From positions 1 to 50,499 of the forward strand of contig JACMLT010000287.1 in assembly GCA_014379455.1 (NCBI GenBank): a stretch of DNA of 50,499 bases, read 5' to 3'. Position 1 is the stretch's first letter. Each line of letters opens with the position of its first letter. The notes below the pieces were generated by a model. It was not told the DNA's origin. It did not search any database and saw only the letters and a list, made by a program, of their open reading frames with translations. Positions 36,292 to 45,318 of this stretch are shown here, piece by piece. Origin of the DNA: Nitrospiraceae bacterium. GTDB lineage: Bacteria > Nitrospirota > Nitrospiria > Nitrospirales > Nitrospiraceae. The position numbers were made by a program, and so were the translations under genes.

Positions 36292-37616
36292 TCCTCATCG
36301 TCGGAGCCGGTTTAGCTGGCCTCAGTGCGGCCTATCATCTTTCCGGGCTTCCGTATCGTCTCTATGAGCGAGAGCAGGAGGTCGGTGGCTTATGCCGTTC
36401 CTACAAGAAGGATGGCTTTACCTTCGATTACACCGGACATCTGCTCCATTTCCGCCAAGCCGAAATCAAAGCTCTGGTGGAAACGCTTTTGGCTGGAAAA
36501 CTACAGAAACATGCCCGGCAATCGTTCATCTATTCTCACCGGACTTATACGGAGTATCCATTTCAGGTCAATACATTTGGGCTCCCGCCGGAGGTGGTGC
36601 GAGAGTGTTTAATGGGGTTTATCGCCACCCTCACGAATCAGCACGCCGGCCCTGCGCCAGATGATCGATCGTTCAAAGAGTGGATTCTCGATAATCTCGG
36701 CGAGGGCATGGCCAAGCATTTCATGCTGCCGTTCAATGAAAAACTGTGGCAGGTCTCGCTGGACGAACTGACGTCGGACTGGGTGTCGTGGCTGGTGCCG
36801 AAACCCGAGCTGAAGGATGTGGTGAACGGTGCTTTGGGTATCAAAGACAAGGCCTTCGGCTATAACCCGTCGTTTCTCTACCCTGCGAACGACGGTATCA
36901 AAGCACTCCCAGAGTCCTTCCTGCCCGGGATCGACGGGATCACCCATGGCGCGGAACTCATAGAAGTGGACACCAAGCGCCGTCGTGCCATCTTTCGCGA
37001 TCACACGAAGGGGGGAACGAGAGAAGAGCGATATGAGTCGCTGGTCTCGACGATCCCGATCCCAGAGCTGATTCATCGCTGTCTCGATTTCCCCGCTCCA
37101 TTGAAAGAGGCGGCGGCCGCGTTACGCTGGGTCTCAGTCTACAATATCAATTTGGGGATTGGCCGCGAGCAGGTATCGGATAAACATTGGATCTATTTTC
37201 CTGAGAAAGAGTATCCCTTCTACCGGGCTGGGTTTCCCATGAATTTTTCTCCTTCGTTAGGTCGTCCTGGCTGCAGTTCGATGTATGTGGAGATGTCGCA
37301 CAAACCAACTGAGCACCAGTCTGCGGAGCAGTTGATCGGTCGGGCGCGTTCCGGTCTGGAGCAGGCCAGCATCCTTCGCCCTGACGATGAGCTGGTGGTC
37401 TCGGATGTCAAAGATCTTCAGTATGCCTATGTCTATTTCGATCACCATCGTGCGAAGGCGGTACCGGCCATTCTCGCCGAGCTTGAGCGCCGGGGAGTTT
37501 ACTCGGTCGGTCGCTATGGGCGCTGGGAACATACGTCGATGGAAGATGCCATCGGGCAAGGGAAGCAGGTCTCTGAGCGTCTGAGAGCCCAATACGGGTA
37601 TCAAGCCTCAGCCTGA
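36288..37616 (+). CDS. FAD-binding oxidoreductase, UDP-galactopyranose-mutase-like
   Basis: MILIVGAGLAGLSAAYHL (GxGxxG), EVGGLCRSYKKDGFTFDYTGHLLHF and C-terminal GRYGRWEHTSMEDAIGQG (compare the GRLxxYxYxxMD motif of Glf). Its start overlaps the upstream stop (ATGA). Confidence 0.55.
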   Translation: MILIVGAGLAGLSAAYHLSGLPYRLYEREQEVGGLCRSYKKDGFTFDYTGHLLHFRQAEIKALVETLLAGKLQKHARQSFIYSHRTYTEYPFQVNTFGLPPEVVRECLMGFIATLTNQHAGPAPDDRSFKEWILDNLGEGMAKHFMLPFNEKLWQVSLDELTSDWVSWLVPKPELKDVVNGALGIKDKAFGYNPSFLYPANDGIKALPESFLPGIDGITHGAELIEVDTKRRRAIFRDHTKGGTREERYESLVSTIPIPELIHRCLDFPAPLKEAAAALRWVSVYNINLGIGREQVSDKHWIYFPEKEYPFYRAGFPMNFSPSLGRPGCSSMYVEMSHKPTEHQSAEQLIGRARSGLEQASILRPDDELVVSDVKDLQYAYVYFDHHRAKAVPAILAELERRGVYSVGRYGRWEHTSMEDAIGQGKQVSERLRAQYGYQASA

Positions 37617-37626
37617 GGAAGGTAGT

Positions 37627-38823
37627 GTGGAGACTGTCTGTCATGTCATCACCAAACTGGAATTGGGCGGCGCACAGGAAGTTGCGCTGTATGCTGTGTC
37701 GCATCTTGACCGGAACAAGTTCCGTCCCCTTCTTATCACGGGTCCTGGGGGCCTTCTCACGGATGAAGCCAAAACCCTCCCCGGTGTCGATGTTCACGTC
37801 CTGTCATCGCTCGCCCGTCACGTTCATGTCCTAGCGGATCTTGCTGCATTTGTTGAACTCGTTCGCCTGTTTCGGCGTCTGCACCCGACGATTGTCCATA
37901 CGCATAGTTCGAAGGCCGGTATTCTCGGCCGATGGGCGGCATGGTGTGCGGGAGTGCCCGTGATTCTTCATACCATTCATGGGTATGGCATCACGCCGGC
38001 GCAGTCTTCTTGGTTACGCCGAGTCTTGATTCTGCTTGAACGTACGACAGGATGGATCACAACCCATTGGATTGCGGTTGCTCAGGCCGACGTCGAAAAA
38101 GGGATCGAGTGGGGGTTATTTGACCGGGCGCAGGTGTCGGTCGTCAGGCCCGGCATTGATCCGCATCCGTTTCAAACCGGTATCGATGCGACCACGCGCG
38201 ATGCGTTGCGGGCACAATTCGGAGTGGGGCCTGCTGAGTACTTGGTGGGAATGGTTGCCTGTCTCAAGCCGCAAAAAGCTCCAGAGGACTTCGTGGCCGT
38301 GGCTAAACAGGTGTGTGAGGCGATACCCAATGTCCGGTTCGCCTTGATTGGAGATGGGGAACTGCGTCCAAGGATTGAGTCGCTGATTGAAGTGAATGGG
38401 CTTCGTACACGGTTACACCTCGCAGGATGGAGACGCGATATCCCAACCGTCATGAAAATATTCGATGCGTTTCTGCTCACGTCCCATTGGGAAGGATTAC
38501 CGCGCGTACTCTTGGAAGCGCGGACCATAGGGCTGCCGGTCGTGGCCACGAAGGTTGGAGGCGTTGAGGAAGTGATTATCCAGGGCCGCCATGGGTGGTT
38601 AAGCAACGCGGGGGATATTGCCGGTTTGTCAGCACATCTCATCCGAGTGTTGAAGAGTCGAGATGGTCAACCCCAAGGACGATTACGGTCTGTGGAGGCG
38701 CTCCCGAAAGAATTTCACCTTGATGAAATGGTTAAACAGTATGAATTTCTGTATGATAGGTTTTTGGATGACCGGCGAGGTGGGAAGGCTCCTCGTTCGG
38801 CGTGGTCAGCGTCACACTCGTAG
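37627..38823 (+). CDS. GT4-family glycosyltransferase
   Basis: HVITKLELGGAQEV and WEGLPRVLLEARTIGLPVVATKVGGVEEVI. GTG start. Confidence 0.85.
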   Translation: METVCHVITKLELGGAQEVALYAVSHLDRNKFRPLLITGPGGLLTDEAKTLPGVDVHVLSSLARHVHVLADLAAFVELVRLFRRLHPTIVHTHSSKAGILGRWAAWCAGVPVILHTIHGYGITPAQSSWLRRVLILLERTTGWITTHWIAVAQADVEKGIEWGLFDRAQVSVVRPGIDPHPFQTGIDATTRDALRAQFGVGPAEYLVGMVACLKPQKAPEDFVAVAKQVCEAIPNVRFALIGDGELRPRIESLIEVNGLRTRLHLAGWRRDIPTVMKIFDAFLLTSHWEGLPRVLLEARTIGLPVVATKVGGVEEVIIQGRHGWLSNAGDIAGLSAHLIRVLKSRDGQPQGRLRSVEALPKEFHLDEMVKQYEFLYDRFLDDRRGGKAPRSAWSASHS

Positions 38824-38837
38824 CCCAAGGAGCTTTT

Positions 38838-39956
38838 GTGAACGTTCCCCTTTTGGACCTCAAAGCCCAATATCGTGTCATGAAGCCGGAAGTGTTGTCG
38901 GCCATCGAAGCTGTCTGCGACGAGCAGGGGTTCGTGCTCGGACCTCGCGTCGTGGCCTTCGAGGAAGCGACGGCGCAGTATATCGGCAGCCGCTATGCGA
39001 TCGGCTGCGCCTCCGGGAGCGATGCGCTTCTGCTTTCCCTCATGGCGATGGGCGTGAAGGCCGGCGATGAGGTCATCACGATTCCCTTCACATTTTTTGC
39101 CACAGCGGGTGCGATTTCACGATTGGGCGCAAAGCCAGTGTTTGTAGATATTCAGCCGGATACGTTTAATATTGATCCGGCGCTCATCGAGCAAGCGATC
39201 ACCCCTCGTACGAAAGCCATCATTCCCGTTCACCTCTTTGGGCAATGTGCGGATATGGCTGCGATCAACGAGATTGCAAATCGGAAAAAGATATACGTCA
39301 TTGAGGATGCCTGCCAAGCGATTGGCGCTGCACAGCAGGGGAAACGTGCCGGGATATTTGGAGATACCGGGTGCTTTAGTTTTTTCCCCTCCAAGAATTT
39401 GGGCGGCTTTGGAGATGGGGGGCTCATCACGACCAACGACAAAACCCTTGCGGACTCCATGGCGATGCTCCGTGTTCATGGAAGCCAGGTTCGCTATCTC
39501 CACGAGGTGGTAGGAATCAATAGCCGGTTGGATGCGCTCCAGGCCGCCGTACTCCAAGTTAAATTACAGTATCTTGACCAGTGGACCGAGGGCCGGCGGC
39601 GGAATGCCGAACGGTATCAACAGTTGTTTGCCCAAGCAAGGGTTGATGGGTGGGTTACGGTGCCGCCAACGGTTGCTGGAAACTTCCATGTGTATAATCA
39701 GTACACGGTGAGAGTGCAGAAACGGGATGAGCTGAGAAACTTTTTAAAAGACAATGGTGTCGGGTCAGAGGTGTATTATCCCCTGCCGATGCATCTCCAG
39801 CAGTGCTACCGAGATCTTGGATATCAGAAAGGCGCGTTCCCTATATCCGAGAGGGCTGCAGACGAAGTCCTGTCACTCCCGGTCTATCCAGAGCTCACTG
39901 AACTGCAACTGCGCTATGTCGTAGAGGTCATCGAGTCATTCTGTAAGCGCGGCTAG
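38838..39956 (+). CDS. DegT/DnrJ/EryC1/StrS-family PLP-dependent sugar aminotransferase
   Basis: AAGGAG (38827..38832) lies 5 nt before GTG 38838. Motifs VNVPLLDLKAQY, HLFGQCADM and FSFFPSKNLGGFGDGGLI are present. Confidence 0.9.
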   Translation: MNVPLLDLKAQYRVMKPEVLSAIEAVCDEQGFVLGPRVVAFEEATAQYIGSRYAIGCASGSDALLLSLMAMGVKAGDEVITIPFTFFATAGAISRLGAKPVFVDIQPDTFNIDPALIEQAITPRTKAIIPVHLFGQCADMAAINEIANRKKIYVIEDACQAIGAAQQGKRAGIFGDTGCFSFFPSKNLGGFGDGGLITTNDKTLADSMAMLRVHGSQVRYLHEVVGINSRLDALQAAVLQVKLQYLDQWTEGRRRNAERYQQLFAQARVDGWVTVPPTVAGNFHVYNQYTVRVQKRDELRNFLKDNGVGSEVYYPLPMHLQQCYRDLGYQKGAFPISERAADEVLSLPVYPELTELQLRYVVEVIESFCKRG

Positions 39957-40095
39957 CTCCTTTCCTGCCTGAAGACCATTTTCACTGGATATTTAGACGG
40001 TTTCATTAATACTAGGAAGAGATCATCTTCCCTTGAGGATGTGTGTTGCCCTGTCGCCTGAGGATGACACGACCTATTGGCTGTCTTTGTGAGGC

Positions 40096-41114
40096 ATGAA
40101 GGGACATATGCAAGTTTTTGGATGGACTCATGTATCAAGAAACCTTAATGAGGAACTACCAACTAACCTGCATCGTGTAACAACTCTGCGAGGAGTTGCG
40201 GCGTTGATGGTCGCAGGTGGACATAGCCTCATGGTGTTCGCTGTCGACGGCCTTCCCACGTTATGGAATGTTCCTTTTGCCGAAGTCCCTGGAATCGAAT
40301 CCTTGGCAACCAAGGCGTTGCTGGTGCTTTTCAATGGAGCGGTCACACTCTTTTTCGTAATCAGTGGATTTGTTCTTGGCCTCTCTCTTGATCGCGTGAA
40401 AGGTGGGCTAATCTCAACCTATTTGACGTTCGTTATTCGTCGCGCATTCAGGGTTTACCCGGCTCTTATCCTGTCACTCCTTGCTGTCGGAGCATTGATG
40501 CCATGGATTGTGAGCATAGACAAAACAGTCCTGGGATCTGAGTGGTTCAATTCTCTCTATCGAGCCACGTTCGGGATCGCGGACCTTTGGGATAATGTCC
40601 TGCTGGTTAAGACCGACATGAATCAGTCTCCTGGACGCTCAGAATTGAACTATTGATAGCATTGTTTTTCCCGGTGCTACATGCATATACGCGAAAAACT
40701 GGGCCATGGTACGACGTGGCGATGCTTGTCGGACTTATCTGGATTTCCAGTGAGTACACACGCGCAGACAGCCAGCAATGGATAGTCGCATTCTATTTTG
40801 GTTTGGTCTTGCCACGTCGGGGAGGATGGATTGAACAGATCACGAGGACATCTCCAGCGGGAGAAAGTGCCGGCATTCTTTTAGCGATAGCGACTTTTCT
40901 CTCGGCAACTCATATCGTTTTTGAGGCAGCGAGTGCCAGTGTGGTGAATGTGTTGCTGGCGTGCACGTCCATCTTGGCGGCCATCTTGCTAGCGCAGCTC
41001 ATGTTCGTATGGATTGAAACTCCTTTCATGGCCCTGGGGAAGCATGTATCACAGCGCTTAACAGGATTAGGTTATTCTCCGCATCTCCATCGTTCAAAGG
41101 ACGGGGTGGCGTAA
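40096..41114 (+). pseudogene. acyltransferase-3 (AT3/OafA-type membrane O-acyltransferase) interrupted by a -1 frame change
   Basis: ORF 40096..40656 carries the AT3 N-terminal motif (LHRVTTLRGVAALMVAGGHS). The conserved W-S/T-L-x-x-E block (SWTLRIELLIALFFP) is encoded from 40629 in the frame of ORF 40653..41114. That frame opens only after TAA 40608..40610, so the frame change lies within about 40611..40631. The joined length is about 339 aa. Confidence 0.7.
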
Positions 41115-41468
41115 ATGAGACGCACTTCCGAGAGAAGGGAAAAGTCGAAGCGAAGCAAGAATCAATTAGCCGTCGGCTCGCTCGAACTGTGCAGTTAATA
41201 TCCTTGGCTGGTGACGCGTAAAGACATCCCATTGCCTAGGTCTATGAGCTTGGCCAGAGGGCGAGCAACAAAGCTAGTTTCACTGCCAAGCAGATCTTCG
41301 TAAGTTCGTCGCCATCTACGAGTTCTCCCATGTAGGGGTTGGGTCAACGAAACAGTTTCAGCGTGGTCTAAAGAAAATGGATTCGTACATGGAATGAAAC
41401 GGTCATGAGTCGAGTGTGAACGATCACGTATTACTGAAGCTCATCGCACAATTGGATAATTCCAACCA

Positions 41469-42221
41469 ATGTCCGTTCCGGTCGAAGTGCTTCAAAACAT
41501 TCTAATGAGGTTTCGGCCAGTGGCGAAGTTTGCCCAACAATATCATTCGACAGGGGTCAATGCTGATCCCGGCCAGGTCCGTCGAGTATTTGAACTGTAC
41601 AGACAGTTTGCGCCTGTCGCAGGCAAGGACATTCTAGAAATTGGCCCCGGTCATACTCTGGAAGTATTGGAATGCGCGAAGACGGAGGGAGCGAGAAATT
41701 GCACGGCGATCGATGTGGTGGACTATCGTTCGCCTGAACAGAAGGGCCGCACACGCGTGATCTATGCCCTCTATGATGGGAAAACATTCCCGCTCGAAGA
41801 TGCCTGCGTTGATCTGATTTGGTCCTATACGGCATTTGAGCACCTTCGCTATCCTGCGATGACGGTACAGGAATGTTTCCGGGTGTTACGGCCTGGAGGG
41901 ATGTTGGTGTCGTTGATCGACCTGGGAGACCATTCGTTTTACGGAATGAATCCGCCGCATCCAGATAAGCTGTTTCACTGTTTGCGGTATCCAGAATGGC
42001 TCTGGAATCTCATGCGGTGGAACCGAAGTTCGTATGTCAATCGACTCAGGCAGTCAGAGTGGCACACGTTATTCAAGCAAGCGGGGTTCATATTGCGTGC
42101 GGAGGAGAAGATGGTCAGCGAAGACATCGTTCGCCAACTTCCATTGCTCCCGTATCTGAGGCGGTACAGTTACGAAGATGCCGTCACATCCGTGCTGACA
42201 GTTTGCTGCGGCAAATTCTGA
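41469..42221 (+). CDS. class I SAM-dependent methyltransferase
   Basis: ILEIGPGHTLEVL, VDLIWSYTAFEHL and LRPGGMLVSLID. Confidence 0.75.
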   Translation: MSVPVEVLQNILMRFRPVAKFAQQYHSTGVNADPGQVRRVFELYRQFAPVAGKDILEIGPGHTLEVLECAKTEGARNCTAIDVVDYRSPEQKGRTRVIYALYDGKTFPLEDACVDLIWSYTAFEHLRYPAMTVQECFRVLRPGGMLVSLIDLGDHSFYGMNPPHPDKLFHCLRYPEWLWNLMRWNRSSYVNRLRQSEWHTLFKQAGFILRAEEKMVSEDIVRQLPLLPYLRRYSYEDAVTSVLTVCCGKF

Positions 42222-42255
42222 TTACGCGTGTTCGTGGCGATCAGGATTGGTGAAT

Positions 42256-43509
42256 ATGAAATCAAAAAGTCTGTGGATCAACGCCACCCTACTGATAGTG
42301 AGCGTCACATGTGGTTTCTTGATTGCGGAGGCCGTGGCACGAGTGTTCATTGAGCCACCTCGCGGCCACGCCTTATACAATGTGGAACAGACCGAAGCAC
42401 ATGCCTCGCTGCTGAAGATAATTTCAGATGCCAAATTGCTGCATCGCGTGGCGCCAAACTCCCCAGGCCATGACGTGCGGGGGTTCAGGAATACCGTGAG
42501 CTGGGAAGATGCTGATGTTGTCGCGATTGGGGATTCTCAAACATGGGGAGTCAATGTTCGTCAAGAAGAAACATGGCCTTCGGTCTTGAGCAGGGTCGGG
42601 AAGGTGAGTGTGTATTCCATGTCGCTCGGTGGGTGGGGCCCGCTACAATACGAGGTCATAGCCGCGGAGGCACTGCTTCTGAAACCAAGAGCCGTGCTTG
42701 TCGGAATATACTTCGGAAACGACATCTTCGATAGCTGCAACCATGCATATGGGACCGATGCGTATCCTCAGTATCGACATGTCGGGGCAGGCCCTGCCGC
42801 TGCTCTTTCCGATCTGCATGCGCGGCTCAAGGTGACAGATGATCAGACCAGAGTCGACCGTGCACTTCAACGACTGACTGAAATGGGCGGCATGGCAAGG
42901 CTGTGGCAAAGACTGGCGAGGCATTCTCTGATCGTCCAAGTATTGATGACGCATGGATTACTTCCAGTCATCCCATCGGTTGATGAACTGTACGAAATGG
43001 CTGATACGGTTTGGGCGCGAGACCACCCGGCAGTTGCCTCCGTGTACAGGTGGCACAACGGTTCTACGGTGATGACCTATGGCTATCGCGGGGTGGCAGT
43101 TGATCTTGCGAATGGATGTATCCGCGATGGGGTGAGGATTACGAGAGAGGTCCTTGACGCTGTCAAGCGGCTTGGTGATCGAACGACGACCCAGATTGGT
43201 ATCGTGTTCATTCCGACAAAAGAGTCGGTCTATGCGATAGCCGACAGATCGCTTCGGACGCATATGCCAAAAGGCTTTGAAGATCTGGTCCGTAACGAGA
43301 CCACGATCAAAGAAGAATTACTCGATCATTGTAAGCGGACACACATGGTGTGTATCGACGCGGCAGTCCGGCTGGTAGAGGCCGCCCAGAAAGGGATGGT
43401 GTTGTATAAGGCTGACTCTGATGGTCATCCGATCGCAGAGGGCTATCGGCAAATTGCCTATGCCGGACAGGACGCGTTAGAAGCCATGAGGGCATTCAGA
43501 ACACGGTAA
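42256..43509 (+). CDS. membrane-anchored SGNH/GDSL-type hydrolase or acyltransferase (DltD/AlgX-like)
   Basis: The N-terminal TM is LWINATLLIVSVTCGFLIAEAV. SGNH-type blocks VVAIGDSQTWG, SLGGWG, YFGNDIF and DSDGHP are present. ATG 42256 is preferred over TTG 42247. Confidence 0.6.
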   Translation: MKSKSLWINATLLIVSVTCGFLIAEAVARVFIEPPRGHALYNVEQTEAHASLLKIISDAKLLHRVAPNSPGHDVRGFRNTVSWEDADVVAIGDSQTWGVNVRQEETWPSVLSRVGKVSVYSMSLGGWGPLQYEVIAAEALLLKPRAVLVGIYFGNDIFDSCNHAYGTDAYPQYRHVGAGPAAALSDLHARLKVTDDQTRVDRALQRLTEMGGMARLWQRLARHSLIVQVLMTHGLLPVIPSVDELYEMADTVWARDHPAVASVYRWHNGSTVMTYGYRGVAVDLANGCIRDGVRITREVLDAVKRLGDRTTTQIGIVFIPTKESVYAIADRSLRTHMPKGFEDLVRNETTIKEELLDHCKRTHMVCIDAAVRLVEAAQKGMVLYKADSDGHPIAEGYRQIAYAGQDALEAMRAFRTR

Positions 43510-43564
43510 GACCTTCAGAGAGCCGAAGACGAATGTGCCGAACCCGGCAGACGTCTCGTATTCG

Positions 43565-45238
43565 TTAGCTCGTGACTGCGCCCTCGGAAGCTGAAGACAC
43601 ATGCCGCGCGTATTTGCCCATTACGCCTGAGGTGTAACGGGGTAACGGCTGTTTCACTTTCTTGAGCCGGGCCTTGATCTCTTTCTGCGAGAGCTCCACG
43701 GTCAGGGTCCGTTTGGCGATATCGAAGACAATCATGTCACCGTTTTTCACCGCGCCGATCGGGCCGCCTTTGATGGCTTCCGGTGCGACATGGCCGGCCA
43801 TGAGCCCATGGGTGGCCCCGGAGAAGCGGCCGTCGGTGAGGAGCGCGACGGAGTCGCCCAAGCCTGCACCGACGATGGCCGCAGTCACACCAAGCATTTC
43901 TCTCATGCCAGGTCCGCCTGACGGACCTTCATAGCGAATCACTACAACGTCGCCTGCTTTGATTTGGCGTGATTGCACGGCGACAAACGCATCCTCTTCC
44001 CGGTTGTACACCTTTGCTGGGCCACGAAACGTCATGATCGAGTGACCGGCCACCTTCACGACGCAGCCCTCTGGGGCAAGATTGCCTCTAAGAATCACGA
44101 GCCCGCCGGTCTGCTTGATCGGACTCGACAGAGGTCTGAGGACTTGTTGCCCAGATGTTTCCTTGGCGTCCTTGGCCTCTTCCCCAATCGTCCGGCCTGT
44201 CACGGTCGGCTGGCCTGCGTGCAACATGCCGGCATCAAGCAGCCGTTTGGCGACCAGGGTGGTTCCTCCAGCCGCATAGAGATCCGACGCGGTAAATCGA
44301 CCACCTGGTTTGAGGTCGGCGAGCAACGGCACCTTCCGATTGATCTTGTCAAAGTCGTCGATGCTCAATTTGATGTTGGCTTCGCGCGCGATGGCGAGCA
44401 GGTGCAACACCGCATTCGTCGAGCCGCCGGTGGTTGCCACCGCGGCGATCGCGTTTTCCAGCGATTTTCGCGTGATGATCTGGCGAGGCCGCAGATCTCG
44501 CTTCAGCAGATCCATGACCATCTTCCCACACTCGAAGGCCACGTCGTCCTTCCGCTGGTCCATGGCCGGCACCCCGTTCCGTCCCATCGGCGAGATGCCG
44601 AGGAACTCAAACGCGATCGCCATCGTGTTGGCTGTGAACTGACCGCCGCAGGCGCCAGGGCCCGGGCAAGCATGGTCTTCGAGATCTTTGAGTTCGGCAT
44701 CAGTCATTGTGCCTGACGCATGTTTCCCGACCGCTTCGAACACGTCTTGAATGGTGACGTCATGGCCTTGGAACTGTCCCGGCATGATTGAGCCGCCATA
44801 GAGCATCACCGACGGCAGGTTCAGGCGAGCGAGGGCCATCACAGTACCTGGAATGGTTTTATCGCAACCTGATAATGCCACCACGCCGTCAAACAGATGT
44901 CCACGGGCTACGAGTTCGATTGAATCGGCAATCACCTCCCGGCTGATCAACGAAGCCTTCATTCCCTCGGTGCCCATCGAAATGCCATCCGACACCGCGA
45001 TGGTGTTGTACTCGATGGGCGTACCGCCTGCGGCTCTGATGCCGGCTTTCACCCGTTCCGATAAGCGGCGCAGGTGGAAGTTGCAGGGCATGACTTCGAT
45101 CCAGGTATTGGCGACGCCGATGATCGGGCGCGACAAATCTTCATCCGTGAATCCCACGGCCTTCAGCATCGCGCGGGCCGGCGCCCGATCGGGACCGACC
45201 AGTAAATCGCGACTTGTCAGTTTCAACTCTTTCGGCAT
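43565..45238 (-). CDS. ilvD: dihydroxy-acid dehydratase
   Basis: 557 aa with IGVANTWIEVMPCNFHL, SGCDKTIPG and PGPGACGGQFTANTM. Confidence 0.95.
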   Translation of the reverse strand: MPKELKLTSRDLLVGPDRAPARAMLKAVGFTDEDLSRPIIGVANTWIEVMPCNFHLRRLSERVKAGIRAAGGTPIEYNTIAVSDGISMGTEGMKASLISREVIADSIELVARGHLFDGVVALSGCDKTIPGTVMALARLNLPSVMLYGGSIMPGQFQGHDVTIQDVFEAVGKHASGTMTDAELKDLEDHACPGPGACGGQFTANTMAIAFEFLGISPMGRNGVPAMDQRKDDVAFECGKMVMDLLKRDLRPRQIITRKSLENAIAAVATTGGSTNAVLHLLAIAREANIKLSIDDFDKINRKVPLLADLKPGGRFTASDLYAAGGTTLVAKRLLDAGMLHAGQPTVTGRTIGEEAKDAKETSGQQVLRPLSSPIKQTGGLVILRGNLAPEGCVVKVAGHSIMTFRGPAKVYNREEDAFVAVQSRQIKAGDVVVIRYEGPSGGPGMREMLGVTAAIVGAGLGDSVALLTDGRFSGATHGLMAGHVAPEAIKGGPIGAVKNGDMIVFDIAKRTLTVELSQKEIKARLKKVKQPLPRYTSGVMGKYARHVSSASEGAVTS

Positions 45239-45318
45239 GACATCCTTTAGCGTCGTTCTTAGTCGTTCGAACCACTCACCGTATCCTCTGCGCGCCAGTG
45301 GATCGTCTTACCGCACGT

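Noticed and set aside
43528-43565. Possible bidirectional terminator between the convergent SGNH and ilvD genes (ACGAAT…ATTCGT with an inner TGCCG/CGGCA stem).
   Set aside because: The stems are short (5 to 6 bp) and asymmetric, with a 9-nt unpaired bulge, and there is no U-tract on either strand.
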